From: Laetmonice hystrix
Taxonomy: Eukaryota
Assembly (NCBI GenBank): GCA_965235115.1
Contig: OZ249447.1
Location: forward strand, 9,114,001-9,178,000
Direction: 5' to 3'
Length of the DNA: 64,000 nt
Shown: in pieces, positions 62,201 through 64,000 of the stretch
Position numbering within the stretch: the stretch's first letter is position 1
How the letters are laid out: the number at the start of each line of letters is the position of its first letter
Notes under the pieces: model-generated
The model's input: only the letters and a program-made list of their open reading frames with translations
Told to the model about the DNA's origin: nothing
Databases searched by the model: none
Made by a program: the position numbers and the translations under genes

Positions 62201-63971
62201 CTGTTTGAAAACCCAAACTGCTATCTTGAATGAATAGATTAACGACGAACAGTTTTCTACTATGATGAGTATAAATATGGGCAAATTTCAATGCTACATT
62301 CATTCGAATCCAAGCAAGGCTAGAAGACACATCACCTGACAAACCATCGTCATGCAGATAAAAGAAAAGAAAATTTACACTGTAGCAGTATACTTCCTTC
62401 CTGTGTGTAAAATAATCTTCCCTTTCCCCTTCAATTCCCTTCTCAAATATTTAACATTATAACATTTTATTTGAAGCCTTGAGCGAAAAAGTTGAAAACA
62501 TATTACTATACTGACACTTGATAGCACTACAACCATTCTTGTGTCTAGGAGATATAATTGCCCCCTAGCGGCCAGATCGGGATATAATTCCCCCCTAGCG
62601 GCTGGGTCAGGAACCATATTCACTAATCCGGATGCATCGATATCCGGACAGTTTTTAATGGGAACCAAAGTGTCCGGATTAACGGGGTCTGACTGTATTA
62701 CACTTTCAGTGATTCTATATCGACGTGGTCTTCAGGCACTGGAGCAGCAGGAGTGTTTGGAGCTCTGGCCTATGCAGGCCTTGTGTCTGCAGGACTATCC
62801 CCCCGTGACTCTCTGCTGGTCATGCTGGTTGTACCTGCAACACTCCTGATTGTGTATGTTGTCTCTATTCCCGAAGTTTAAAAAACATCTATCGCTAAAA
62901 CTATATGTGGTTGGTTGTGTGATTCAGGATTTTTCTCATATTTTATCCATTGAAAATGTAAAGTGATGACGGTACTTGTAAGCTTTTTCAGTATTACCAG
63001 TTGATATAAGAAAAATATTACCGGTGTAGATTTGGAAATATACAATGTATTATATCATTGGCATCACAGCTAGGTTGTCTAGTTTGATAGACTGTTTTGA
63101 GAGAATATATCTTGTGTTCTAGGTATTTTTGCTTGCTCGTAAAACCAGAAACAATGGGACGTAAAAAACCAGCTGATGACAACCATGATGACCAGCATGA
63201 GACGGAATACTTGGTTCAAGAAAATAGAGGTTTCCTCACATTATTCATAACTCTTGTATTTACCTTATAAAGTGAATGGTCTGAACCCTTTCATGTTTCC
63301 AATAACCAGAGCCAGATGTTTCTCCCCTCTCTGAGTGTGTTTTTGTAATGTACATTAAACATGGAGAATTCTGTAATTTGCCCCCACCCACAGGCCATTG
63401 CTAATAACATTTGCATGATTATGCAGGCTTAGCTCAGTCAATGACTTTCTTCCAGCTCCAGACTACAAGACTTGGGCATTGGAAAAGAAGTTAAAACTTG
63501 TGCTAGTGAGTCATCTTTTTTTATCTGCAGATATGTACTCATAATTAGACTGCCTAAGAAGAGTTTCATTTTGCATCCATTAGAATATGCCTTGCCCTGA
63601 AAGACTTGCTTGACAGGAGGCTCAGATTGTGCACTCGGTTCAGTTTTCTAACATTGAATACTGAGGACTAACCTGGGGGATGTTGCAATTTATCATTTCC
63701 AATGATCCTGAGGTAACATGAGTTGGTTAGTCCTGTCATCTAAGGACTACATTGGGATTTTCTTGACACAAATTTGAATTCCTCAGTGGTTGACATATGT
63801 TTGAGTGTATGCATAAGCAAGTATGCATGTACATGTTTTGCCTAAGCTTTTCTACGTTGTCAGGAGTAATGGGGTTGTCAATATATATCGGTTCAATTTC
63901 AGCCTTTGCTCCCTTACATGGTTCCGCTGATGGCCGTGTATTTTGCTGAGTACTTCATCAACCAAGGATTG
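59290..63971 (+). CDS. CLN3: Battenin/CLN3 lysosomal transporter, continuing beyond the window. Exons 59290-59302, 59521-59560, 59976-60066, 60370-60459, 60592-60671, 60932-61017, 61155-61227, 62710-62853, 63123-63229, 63456-63505, 63903-63971
   Basis: Contains [67 protein letters not shown] and [19 protein letters not shown]. All junctions are phase-consistent. Confidence 0.96.
61630..62695. mobile_element. Tc1/mariner (pogo/Tigger-like) non-autonomous element in a CLN3 intron, 1066 bp
   Basis: TIRs CAGTCAGACCCCGTTA and TAACGGGGTCTGACTG flanked by TA on both sides, with subterminal (A)TCCGGA repeats. Confidence 0.88.
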
Positions 63972-64000
63972 GTGAGGGGCTCTGTTTCATTTATTATTCT

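Overview
Eukaryotic genomic DNA from an invertebrate animal (phylum cannot be fixed from this window), with spliced GT-AG genes and one assembly gap (25799-25947). Six protein-coding genes were rebuilt by hand from splice sites and reading phase: NDUFB11 (-), ATRIP (+), NRF1/ewg/P3A2 (+), an ankyrin-repeat/SOCS-box (ASB-like) gene (-), PORCN (-), and the 5' part of CLN3 (+). There are two head-to-head pairs (NDUFB11/ATRIP and PORCN/CLN3). About 20 kb (13-33 kb) has no recognisable CDS; it holds MITEs, simple repeats and orphan promoter-like elements. The main observation is the NRF1 gene. It carries two separate pairs of tandemly duplicated, apparently mutually exclusive exons: one pair for the N-terminal acidic segment and one for the core of the DNA-binding domain. 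The pairs are separated by 47-nt and 54-nt spacers that share a bipartite motif (GAGCAA...TGAGCCTT). A candidate 24-nt microexon and TGCATG (Rbfox-type) sites complete what looks like a splicing switch that changes a transcription factor's DNA-binding domain. Smaller oddities: a duplicated poison 3' splice site in ATRIP, a PORCN stop-codon cassette repeated four times, and a MITE whose terminal repeat may supply a CLN3 branch point. Protein identifications rest on recalled family motifs, not database searches.
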